From Microcystaceae cyanobacterium (lineage in GTDB: Bacteria > Cyanobacteriota > Cyanobacteriia > Cyanobacteriales > Microcystaceae): 53,301 nt of DNA. A program made the position numbers and the translations under genes. Positions 1-8,332 of the stretch are shown in pieces. The stretch covers positions 1-53,301 of the forward strand of contig JBGTGT010000075.1 of assembly GCA_041746575.1 (NCBI GenBank), written 5' to 3'. The notes beneath the pieces were generated by a model. The model was not told the origin of the DNA, did not search any database, and saw only the letters and a program-made list of their open reading frames with translations. The stretch's first letter is position 1. Each line of letters begins with the position of its first letter.

Positions 1-328
1 AGATAGGAGACCGTAGTGGAAAGACTTTTGAAAAACTCTGGGAAAGAGTAAAAAAATGGGACAGCCGAAGGTATTTAACTGATGGTTATTGTGTTTATGC
101 TAATTATATTGAGCCAGAAAAACAGGCAGTTTTGCCTAAGAAGAAATTAACAAGAGTAGAAGGAGAAAATACAAGATTAAGGCATTACTTAGCTAGATTA
201 CATCAAGATACTCTATGTTACTCGAAATCGCTAAAAATGTTATGGTGTTCAATCTGATTATTGATGTACTACTTAAGATTTAATACAATACCTGCAATTG
301 CTTAAACCACTGTCTATTCAGCAACGCC
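1..328 (+). mobile_element. IS1-family element, right end (transposase InsB C-terminus, pseudogene)
   Basis: Frame from nt 3 reads IGDRSGKTFEKLW...LTDGYCVY...TRVEGENTRLRHYLARLHQDTLCYSKS, typical of cyanobacterial IS1 InsB. Premature TGA at 255-257, natural stop at 303-305. Ends in CTATTCAGCAACGCC (314-328), a likely terminal IR. Truncated by the window edge. Confidence 0.85.
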
Positions 329-377
329 CAATTACTAAAGTAAAGTGTAAACAAGACTTTAAAATTCCCCTTGCTCT

Positions 378-521
378 ATGAACGAAAAAACTATCACGGC
401 TGTTAGCCAAACCGAAACAGAGACTATTCTCTACTTAAACGATGCCAGCACCCTCAAAATCCCCAATCAGCAACTAATCGACTTCTACATAGCAATGATT
501 AAGGCTGTACAGACAGTATAG
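378..521 (+). CDS. Small hypothetical protein (47 aa)
   Basis: ATG378..TAG521 encodes MNEKTITAVSQTETETILYLNDASTLKIPNQQLIDFYIAMIKAVQTV. Below the ORF-track cutoff and co-directional with island genes. Confidence 0.35.
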   Translation: MNEKTITAVSQTETETILYLNDASTLKIPNQQLIDFYIAMIKAVQTV

Positions 522-607
522 ACAGTTCGGTGTTATATTTAAAAAGTATCCCCTAGTAATCGCTAGGGGATTAAGTAACTTTAATTCCTTCTAATAAAGT
601 TTAACTT

Positions 608-913
608 ATGAGCCAAGAACCTATTACCGTTACATTCTCCCTTGAGGAAATTTTAGGGGAAATTAAAGAAAGCATAAAGGAAGTCAGTCAGAAGATAGAC
701 AGTCTAGAACAACAGGTCTCTAAACAATCTGAAGATATGGCAATGATTAAAGCCACTCTGCAATCACAACAGCCATTGATTCAGAAAATCCCAGATTTAG
801 CTGAAAAAGTAGGCGAGTTGAAGAACTGGAAACAAATCGTCGTGATTGCTGTTACTGCTTCTGTTGGTGGTCTGATCGGCTGGTTAATTCGAGGTGGAAA
901 CCTCAGACCTTAA
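608..913 (+). CDS. Coiled-coil protein with a C-terminal transmembrane helix (XhlA-like/phage-type hypothetical)
   Basis: Heptad-rich N-terminal part, followed by the hydrophobic segment IVVIAVTASVGGLIGWLI. Confidence 0.7.
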   Translation: MSQEPITVTFSLEEILGEIKESIKEVSQKIDSLEQQVSKQSEDMAMIKATLQSQQPLIQKIPDLAEKVGELKNWKQIVVIAVTASVGGLIGWLIRGGNLRP

Positions 914-917
914 TGTC

Positions 918-973
918 TTGACACTTTGTCTATATTGTCATTACACTAAAGATAGTATAGACGAGTATAGACG
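918..973 (+). promoter_or_regulatory. Putative sigma70 promoter with operator-like repeats upstream of the RHH gene
   Basis: TTGACA (918-923), 18 nt spacer, TACACT (942-947). Tandem AGTATAGACG x2 (954-973) and an inverted GTCTATA (928-934). Confidence 0.45.
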
Positions 974-1843
974 GTGAGTACAACGACAGCAACGTTCAGA
1001 ATCGAGTCTGAAGAGTGGGAAGCCTTCAAAAATTATGCAATGGAACAGAGAACAACTGCCAGCGCATTAATTAAGGGGTTTATCAAAAATTGCTTAGGGA
1101 TTAATCCTGATTTTGAGGTTATCCCTCAAGATTCTTTATCTCATCCTGTAAAAGAAGAGGCGATCACAGACTTAACCGAACGTTTATCTTCACTTGAAGA
1201 CTTTTTAGAGAAGTTTGTAAGCCATGTCAACCAGAAAATTGAAACTCAGAGAAAGATTAACGAAGTTATTAAAGATGAGATGGGGTTAATGGCTTCTTTA
1301 CAAGATGATCCTCCAGAAATTCCGGTTAAACAGATTCCTAGGAACACTAAGTTTTCTATTGCCGAGGAAGTGGGATTAAAGTTAGATGACCCTGACCCTG
1401 CCCCAGAAAAAGATCCCCAAACGGATCGGGAATTAGTAGGTCAGACCGTGGTGAATTATTTATCGGCCCAGAAAGATTCAAAGTGTTATATTCAGTGGCT
1501 GGTCAAGTCATTCCCAGATTCTCCAGAAGCCCAGACCCATATTAAGCGAGTGACCAATCAAATTCCAAAAGCAGATCGACGGCGGGTAAAAGATTTGGTT
1601 GTTCCAGCTTTCGGAACTTGCCCCATCTGCCTAATTATTTATGAAGAGATTGATGGAATTATCCAGTTTTGGTCTGGACGTAAATGGGAAAGAGACTGGA
1701 AGCGGTCTAAATTTTACGAGCTAGAAAGTGATATCGCTAAAAAAATCGGGCTGTTCAAGAAATCAATACCATCTGCTCAGTTAAAATATGGGAATTTGAC
1801 GGATTTATTAGAGAATGGAGTGATTAGTTATGGGGAGGTTTAG
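974..1843 (+). CDS. Hypothetical protein with N-terminal ribbon-helix-helix (CopG-like) DNA-binding domain
   Basis: N-terminus TTTATFRIESEEWEAFKNYAMEQRTTASALIKGFIKNCL has the RHH beta-alpha-alpha pattern, then a coiled coil and an unrecognised C-terminus. Confidence 0.6.
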   Translation: MSTTTATFRIESEEWEAFKNYAMEQRTTASALIKGFIKNCLGINPDFEVIPQDSLSHPVKEEAITDLTERLSSLEDFLEKFVSHVNQKIETQRKINEVIKDEMGLMASLQDDPPEIPVKQIPRNTKFSIAEEVGLKLDDPDPAPEKDPQTDRELVGQTVVNYLSAQKDSKCYIQWLVKSFPDSPEAQTHIKRVTNQIPKADRRRVKDLVVPAFGTCPICLIIYEEIDGIIQFWSGRKWERDWKRSKFYELESDIAKKIGLFKKSIPSAQLKYGNLTDLLENGVISYGEV

Positions 1844-2913
1844 GACGATTGGGGTCACTTAAAAGTTTCTGATAAGCCTGATCGTAGGTGTCTCTGGTTA
1901 ACCAAAGTTGATAAATCCGAGTGTGAACATCCAGCCCGTGACCCATCAAGGCAGCCGCTAAAGAGGGATCGTATCCAAAATCAATTGATCTTCTTGCCCA
2001 AGCATGGCGAAGATTATAAGGCGCAAAGGGAACGCCATAACGTTTAAAGGCGTGGGTGATTCGGTTTCCTAAGTCGCCATGAGTTTTTCCCGTTATTTGT
2101 GGCTTTTTCATCTCTCTTAATTTCCACTCGTCAGCCCATTCTGGATAAAGAGAATAAGAATACCGTTCCTGTTTGGATTTGCCCCTAAAAATATAGCAAA
2201 TTGGGAAATCTTCGAGATCGCAAAACATAACCTCATGATTTCTAAGCCCGTAACAGGCCATCATTCCATAAGCCCATTGCCATTGTGGAAAAGGCGATAA
2301 AATAGAATATATATGAGCGATTAAACTATCATCGGGAATAGAGCGGGGACTAACGGCTGTAGGGTTATAGTTCCCCGTCTTTTTTCTGAAATTATGCTCA
2401 ATTCCTGCTATGTCACACAAATACGCAAATGCCAAGGCGTAGCGTCTTCGGCTTCGGGTGTTAGGCTGGGTAATCATATAAGCAGTGGTTCAGAATTGTG
2501 TTCGTAATGGGGCTATCGAGAGGTAGCCTTTTATATGCCTGATAATATTCGTTGTTCCAAGTGTCCTCTTTCCCTCCATTCCCCAAATATTGCTCTTTTG
2601 CATTCTCTATCCATTGCCCTATCGTTAAAATGTGGGATTTTTCCACGTTTAACCAATCATTCCAATTAAAGCTATTGGTGGCTATCTGCCCTCCTATCAA
2701 CTTGGCGCAATCGTAGGCATAAGTCAGCCCTTCAGTATTAGTCGAGAGAATGAAGGGCAATTCGTTGCTGATGTCGGTCTTTTCTGGGGCTGTCTGGCTT
2801 AGGGGGAAGAGTCGCAACAATATAACAATATATAATCTTTCTCCTCTTATTTCAATTCTCGTTCCCAGCTTGGCCGTCTTCAGGCGTCGATTAAAAGTTT
2901 CTATCTGATTCAC
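1824..2913 (-). pseudogene. Tyrosine recombinase/integrase (XisA/XisC-like cyanobacterial family), frameshifted
   Basis: Two overlapping ORFs. N-part has NRRLKTAKLGTRIEIRGERL(ATLPPKP...QQRIAL in a shifted frame)...FNWNDW. C-part has catalytic motifs YGLRNHE, YNLRHAWARR, LMGH and HTRIY. Frameshift near 2478; lies next to a tRNA 3' end. Confidence 0.85.
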
Positions 2914-2933
2914 TGGCTTAAACTTGGCTTAAA
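2914..2933. repeat. Direct repeat TGGCTTAAA x2, putative integrase arm-type binding sites
   Basis: Copies at 2914-2922 and 2925-2933 (11-bp period), between the integrase start and the tRNA. Confidence 0.5.
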
Positions 2934-3036
2934 ATTTTAGGGTCAATCAGTCCCTATTGGTTCTCTTTAGGGAGGATTAATAAATATTTATAATTTTAAA
3001 ATCCTTATCAATTAAGGATTTTAGCCATTTTTGAAA

Positions 3037-3110
3037 TGGCTCGGGGCAGATTTGAACTGCCGACCTTGGGCTTATGAGTCCCCTGCTCTAACCAACTGAG
3101 CTACCGAGCC
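3037..3110 (-). tRNA. trnM: tRNA-Met (CAT), elongator type
   Basis: Reverse complement GGCTCGGTAGCTCAGTTGGTTAGAGCAGGGGACTCATAAGCCCAAGGTCGGCAGTTCAAATCTGCCCCGAGCCA folds into a cloverleaf with anticodon CAT. CCA is not encoded. Confidence 0.95.
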
Positions 3111-3171
3111 TTAAAATCGCACCTTCGCTATCATAGCGTAAAACTTAACCAATTTGACAACCCCTCTGCCC

Positions 3172-3200
3172 AAAAAAGAGGAAGAATTATTTCTCCCTCT
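3172..3200 (-). terminator. Intrinsic terminator of the LysM/M23 gene
   Basis: Minus strand AGAGGGAGAA-ATAA-TTCTTCCTCT followed by a T-run. Confidence 0.6.
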
Positions 3201-3223
3201 GTCCTAATAAAGATTAAGTTTCC

Positions 3224-5224
3224 TTAACGGTTACGATTTGGTAGAAAAGCAATGGGATTGCGTGCGCCTTGTCCTTGGGGGTGGACTTCAAAGTGGAGGT
3301 GAGGGCCGGTACTGTAACCCGTGCTACCCATCTCTGCAATCAATTGTCCTCGTTCAACCTGTTGACCGCTACGCACCAAAAGACGACTATTGTGTCCATA
3401 CAGGGTAATACTACCATCGGGATGACGCACCTTCACTAAATTGCCATAACCGCCCGAATTCCAACCGGACGTAATCACTTCGCCTTCAGCGGCCGCTACA
3501 ATCGGCGTACCAATCGGTGCGGCAATATCAATCCCCTTGTGCATTCTGCCCCAGCGTTGACCAAAACCAGACGTTAAGACGCCTTTCGCCGGCCAAATAT
3601 AACCCGTAAATTTCATCGGAGCATCGGGTAAATAATCTTCGGGTAACAATAAGGCCGGTAACTCAGGACTGACCGATGTACCCACCGCCACCTGAAAACG
3701 ATTGTCATTGCTTTCCCGTCCTGTTGCTGTGCCAATCAATTGGGATTGAGGAGCGTCACGGTCAAGATTATAAGAGGGATTAGTAGCGGAAGAAGGCTGT
3801 TTCTGTTGATCCTTCTGCCATTCTGGGTTAATCGCCACCCCTACTGTCGTCGATGCTCCATCTGCCCCCCCATAAGCGAGAACAGGAATTTCCGATGGGG
3901 TGTAGTCTGCTTGCAGTTGTTCAAAATCCGCTTTCAATTTGTCTGTATGAATGGCAGAGGAGGGAGCGGCCGCAAGATTAACAGGATAAGAGGAAGGTTG
4001 TCGCTTAGGGAACGACAAATTTGCTAATTTTGCTGACCTTTTCGCGGTTTGCTCATCCAAAGGTTTCGGAATAATCAACGTTTGATTAGCCTTAATCAGA
4101 TTGGGATTACTAATATCGTTGGCTTGAATTAAAGCCGTGACACTCAACCCATGACGACGAGCGATCTCGTTTAACGTATCTCCCCCTCGAACTTGGTAGG
4201 TATTGCGTTGAACGGGGGTTGTCACCGTAGGAGATGGCACCGTAATCGGAAGGGGATTCGGTAAAACCGTTGACGTTGACCCAGACGAAGGATAATAAGC
4301 TTGTTCCCTCGGTGCCTCTTCTAACTGCGGCGTCTCATCGGGGGGTAGGGGTTTGTCAAATCGTTTCGGTTCAGGTAAACGGGTTGGGGAGTCGTCAACA
4401 GGAGTCGGTTGAATAGAGGCTTGATGGGTTTCCGGCGTGGGGACTGAAATAGGGATGGGTGTTGTAGCCTCTGAGGTGGGTAAAATCTCCTGCCCATCTA
4501 CGTCAATTACCGGAATCGGAATAGCTTGGGATTCTGAGGGAATTAAACTGGTGAGTTGGGGAGAAGATGGCTTTTTGATAGGTTCACTCACGTCAGAGAC
4601 TTGGGCGGGAATTTCTCCAGGACGCTCTGCGGCATTTGTCAACTGCTCACTTAACCGTTCCCGGGTTTCTTGGAGATAATCAGCCGCCGTTTCTACGGTT
4701 TCTACGGCAGTTGTCTCTGAAGACTTAAGATTAGGGGCGGTAACCAAACCTAGGGGTTTTGGCGTTAGAGCGTTCGTTGCTTTAGGGAGAGATTGAGGAA
4801 TCTCCGGCTGGAGAGATGGAATTTTTAGGGTTTGTCCGACGGATAATTCAGCATGGGAAGGGAGCTGATTAAAGCGGGCTAAGGTATCAGGTTTAATTTG
4901 GTAATTTTCTGCCAATGCCCATAGGGATTCCCCTTTTTTAACCTCATGTTTCCAAACAGGGGTGGCAATTCCTTCTGGAGAGGGGCGAGAAGATTGCGTC
5001 GTGACCGAGGGAATATTGACTAAAGAATCAATCGGTTGACGAGTGGCGGCGATCGCACCGTTGCCTTGACCGACTATAATCCCCATTGTTCCCATTGCTA
5101 AGGTTAAACCGACCCAAGACACGGGGTGACGAGGGGGAGCGTCCAAAAATGGCAAGAACGTTTCAAAAGACGCTTCTGAGCGGGATAATGCAGACGTGTT
5201 GGATAAACGTTGTGGATTTTTCAA
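3224..5224 (-). CDS. LysM-domain M23 family peptidoglycan endopeptidase (NlpD-like)
   Basis: Two LysM motifs (HEVKKGESLWALA; YQVRGGDTLNEIA) and a C-terminal M23 domain (HKGIDIA...YGHNS...STGPHLHFE). GAGGAGG RBS before the TTG start. Confidence 0.92.
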   Translation of the reverse strand: MKNPQRLSNTSALSRSEASFETFLPFLDAPPRHPVSWVGLTLAMGTMGIIVGQGNGAIAATRQPIDSLVNIPSVTTQSSRPSPEGIATPVWKHEVKKGESLWALAENYQIKPDTLARFNQLPSHAELSVGQTLKIPSLQPEIPQSLPKATNALTPKPLGLVTAPNLKSSETTAVETVETAADYLQETRERLSEQLTNAAERPGEIPAQVSDVSEPIKKPSSPQLTSLIPSESQAIPIPVIDVDGQEILPTSEATTPIPISVPTPETHQASIQPTPVDDSPTRLPEPKRFDKPLPPDETPQLEEAPREQAYYPSSGSTSTVLPNPLPITVPSPTVTTPVQRNTYQVRGGDTLNEIARRHGLSVTALIQANDISNPNLIKANQTLIIPKPLDEQTAKRSAKLANLSFPKRQPSSYPVNLAAAPSSAIHTDKLKADFEQLQADYTPSEIPVLAYGGADGASTTVGVAINPEWQKDQQKQPSSATNPSYNLDRDAPQSQLIGTATGRESNDNRFQVAVGTSVSPELPALLLPEDYLPDAPMKFTGYIWPAKGVLTSGFGQRWGRMHKGIDIAAPIGTPIVAAAEGEVITSGWNSGGYGNLVKVRHPDGSITLYGHNSRLLVRSGQQVERGQLIAEMGSTGYSTGPHLHFEVHPQGQGARNPIAFLPNRNR

Positions 5225-5554
5225 GCAAACCTCCTCACTGGATATTTAGCAACAACGGCTAGATAGATTAAGTTGGGACTTTTAGGATAGAAAACCCAAG
5301 ATTATTAACAGACAACGCTAAGTTGATTTACCTAATGACGATATCTAACAAAGATTAGCGTAATTTGCTTCTTTAGGCAAGCCTACGCTGAGAAGGGACT
5401 ATTCCGTTCCTCCTTTGGGAGGATAGCTCATTTGCCTTCTAGACGGTCAACCCTTAATTATGTTTCCTGAATATTAATCTGTCAATTTTCCGAGAAAGTT
5501 TCTAACCCTCTTTTGTCATGTTGGGGTGTAGAATATGAGAAAATCCTTCATAAC

Positions 5555-7026
5555 ATGAGAAGCCCCCTATAGGGTTACACCCATTAGAGAAGCAGCAACT
5601 ACAGTAGGATTTATTGATCATTATTGTCAGGCTTACCGCAGTTTATTTAACAATGTAAGACACTATGAAAGTTTTAAGGACTTACAGATGGGAATGTTAT
5701 CAGAAATTAAAAGAAAATCTTGACCAGAAATTGCCAAAGCAGTAGGACTTAAAGATAGCCAAGGATTACATCATTTTTGACAATCAACCTCTTGGAAAAT
5801 AGAAGAGGTTCAGGAAACCAGATGAGGGTTAGCGAAACGATTGATTGGAGAAAGGAAGATAATTTTAATTATTGATGAAATAGGAGATAGAAAGAAGCGG
5901 TGCGACCCCGCGCCTTCGTACGGACGGGGCTTACAAGGTGCGGACGCAGGTTCCGCACATAGCCCCTCCGCAAGGGAACGCGCATCAAGAGAAGGGAAGA
6001 CCACAGATTACGTATCTCGTCAGTAGATTGGAAATTTAGGAAAGACCGAGAATGAAATTGTTTCTGTGAATACTTATGCTGTGGTAGACGGAATTACTTA
6101 TCCTTTACTGTTTAAAATCTTTCAGCCAAGAAAACGTCTCAAGGAAGGAGATGAATCTAAAACTAAACCTGAATTTGGCTGTTGAGATTATCCAAGAACT
6201 AAAACAGTGGGAATTTAGAATTAAATTAGTATTAGCTGATAGTTTGTATGGGGAAAGTGGTCATATTATTGATATTTTAGATAGATGTCACTTATCTTAT
6301 ATTGTGGCGATTCGTTCTCATCATGGAGTCGGGATGTCAAAAGGTCAAAGAATCCGTTATAATCGGTGGCGAGCGTATCAACAAAAGTTCAATAAAAAAC
6401 AACCAGAAAAACGCTAGATCCGAGAGATTATTTGGGCTAAACGCCAAGGGATTCGTTATGATTAAATCTCTAAGCAGGATGTGCCTGCTCCATGCCAAGA
6501 AGAAAGTTGGTATATAATGACCAATCTTGAGGGAGATAGAATGATGGAGGTTCCTTATTTATATAGTCTCAGGAACGGCATTGAATATGGATTTAAACAA
6601 GTTAAGAATGAGTTAAGATGGGCTAATTTTAGGCTAACAGACTATCCAAGCATTAAACGATGGGGGGAATTAGTAATGAGTGCTTACTTATTAGTGAGTA
6701 TTCAGGCTTCGTCTTTTCAATTAGAGACAGTTAAGGTTGACAAAAATCTAAATGGGGCTAGCGTTAATGACAATAATCCTAGTCGTTTTTTTGGTCTTCA
6801 TCCTTGGTGGGAACTAGGAAATAATGGGAAGAGTGCCTTAAATAATTGAAGATTAATCATTCAGCCCTATATCTTTTATTCTCTCATTCTCCCTTGATTG
6901 AAAATTTTTAGAATTCCTCGAATGCAACGAGGATTTATTGAATTAATCGAGATTATGAATAAGTTTTCTGGCTTCAGTAACCTGACAATTTTTCACCAAC
7001 AAGAAAATGAACTTATTGCTTGTTAG
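5555..7026 (+). pseudogene. IS701-family transposase pseudogene
   Basis: Fragments FIDHYCQAYRSLF, KRKS*PEIAKAVGL, IIDEIGDRKK..GKTTDYVSRQ*IGNLGKTEN, VLADSLYGES, YSLRNGIEYGFKQVKNELRW. Multiple stops and frameshifts; boundaries approximate. Confidence 0.85.
5898..5993. repeat. 96-bp GC-rich palindromic insertion inside the IS701 transposase
   Basis: Interrupts the conserved GDRKK|GKTT motif. Nested inverted repeats GTGCGGA/TCCGCAC, GGGGCT/AGCCCC, CGGA/TCCG and CCTT/AAGG. Confidence 0.7.
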
Positions 7027-7083
7027 TATTTTTTACTTTCCCCAACCTGATAAAAGAGGGTTAAACTATTAATTTTTAGGAAT

Positions 7084-7806
7084 TTAAAATTGGTAACCGA
7101 AAATTTGAATATCCTTCCGATAAATCTGATAAACTTTTTTGACTAAATCCTCGCTGTAATATTCTTGATAAGGCTTCTTGTGAAAAGTCACATTCCTAGA
7201 GATAACTTCCTTTTCAGGTAAATGTAATCTTTGTAATACATATTTGAAATCTTTATCGAACGTTTCTAGGCGACCCAAATAATCAATATTGTTTAGATCA
7301 ATCAAAGCCGCCTGTAGGCGTAAATGGCGATCGCAACGCTCAATATTAAGCGTAGAAACAAAATCCACAAATTTCTCAAAATTCCTCATTTCTTTATAAT
7401 CAGATTCGTCAAAGCGAAAGCTGTTTTTTTTTATAACTTTATCATTCCAGCATGAAATTAGACGCCCCCAAGGATTGCGAACAAAAGCAAACTTGAAATA
7501 GTCATCAAAAACTTTTGGCGGGTAAAAAATAAAATTTGCATGTTCGACATCAAGACTCACTTCACATCTTCCTAAATGGTGCAGAATAGTTCGAGTAGCA
7601 ACTTTAGCGGCTCGAAACCAAACGAATTTTTTCTCATGACTAATCGTTAGATTGTAGCGACGAGCAGAGAGAATAAAAGGAATTTTATTGAGACCATTGT
7701 ACAATCTTTGCATCATTATACTACGCTTATCCAACTCTGACTTTCTGCCTGGTATTGTTCTCATGGATTTTTCCCTCTTGCCAGTGACTCTTTCACTAAA
7801 TTGCAT
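7084..7806 (-). CDS. Sulfotransferase family 2 (carbohydrate sulfotransferase-like) protein
   Basis: PAPS-binding-type motifs WFRAAKVATRTI and FAFVRNPWGRLISCW, plus DYLGRLETF and C-terminal YRKDIQIFGY. Start codon uncertain. Confidence 0.85.
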   Translation of the reverse strand: MQFSERVTGKREKSMRTIPGRKSELDKRSIMMQRLYNGLNKIPFILSARRYNLTISHEKKFVWFRAAKVATRTILHHLGRCEVSLDVEHANFIFYPPKVFDDYFKFAFVRNPWGRLISCWNDKVIKKNSFRFDESDYKEMRNFEKFVDFVSTLNIERCDRHLRLQAALIDLNNIDYLGRLETFDKDFKYVLQRLHLPEKEVISRNVTFHKKPYQEYYSEDLVKKVYQIYRKDIQIFGYQF

Positions 7807-7858
7807 GGTAGTACGGGTTATTATAACTTAACTGAAACTGACTGATGTGACAATTGTT

Positions 7859-8314
7859 TCACAACCGGAGTTGACGGCGCGCCTCAAAAAGACCGATCGC
7901 CGTACTGACCGAAAGATTTAAACTTCTGACGTGGGCTTGAGTAATGGGAATTTTTAAGGTGGCATCGCACCGCCCTAGAAAAGATGTCGGTAACCCTTCC
8001 GTTTCACTGCCAAAAATTAACCAATCATCTCCTTGATAAGGGTAGTCTGAATAGGTTATTTGTCCTCGTACACTAAAAGCCAACAAACGCCCTTTTTTTT
8101 CTTGATAAAAAGCTTCAAATTCGGTTAAATTAGAATGATACTGCAGTTTAACATAAGGCCAATAATCCAGTCCTGCTCGTTTCAAATAGCGATCGCTCAG
8201 TTCAAATCCTAAAGGGCCAACTAAGTGAAGTTCGGTGTCCGTTGCGGCACAGGTTCGGGCAACACTACCCGTATTGGGAGGAATTTGCGGATTAACCAGC
8301 ACAACCTTGAGCAT
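7859..8314 (-). CDS. trmL: tRNA (cytidine(34)-2'-O)-methyltransferase
   Basis: PQIPPNTG, RAGLDYW, FGSETEGLP and VRSLNLS SPOUT motifs. Confidence 0.93.
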   Translation of the reverse strand: MLKVVLVNPQIPPNTGSVARTCAATDTELHLVGPLGFELSDRYLKRAGLDYWPYVKLQYHSNLTEFEAFYQEKKGRLLAFSVRGQITYSDYPYQGDDWLIFGSETEGLPTSFLGRCDATLKIPITQAHVRSLNLSVSTAIGLFEARRQLRL

Positions 8315-8332
8315 AATAACTTATTAATACCG

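Larger units (their letters stand above)
5506..7060 (+). mobile_element. IS701-family insertion sequence, complete ends, degenerate transposase
   Basis: Terminal IRs CCCTCTTTTGTCATGTTGGGG (5506-5526) and CCCCAACCTGATAAAAGAGGG (7040-7060), flanked by CTAA and TTAA (YTAR target typical of IS701). Confidence 0.88.

Noticed and set aside
3037..3110. tRNA-Ile2 or initiator tRNA-fMet identity for the CAT tRNA
   Set aside because: It has a paired G1-C72 and lacks the fMet C1 mismatch; the sequence resembles cyanobacterial elongator Met rather than Ile2.
1..3110. Absence of HIP1 as independent proof of foreign origin
   Set aside because: At the observed density of roughly one site per 2 kb, a 3-kb gap is weak evidence; used only as supporting context.
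5810..6849. Short ORFs 5810-6004, 5841-6026, 6151-6417, 6302-6517 and 6481-6849 as separate genes
   Set aside because: Fragments or shadow frames of the broken IS701 transposase.
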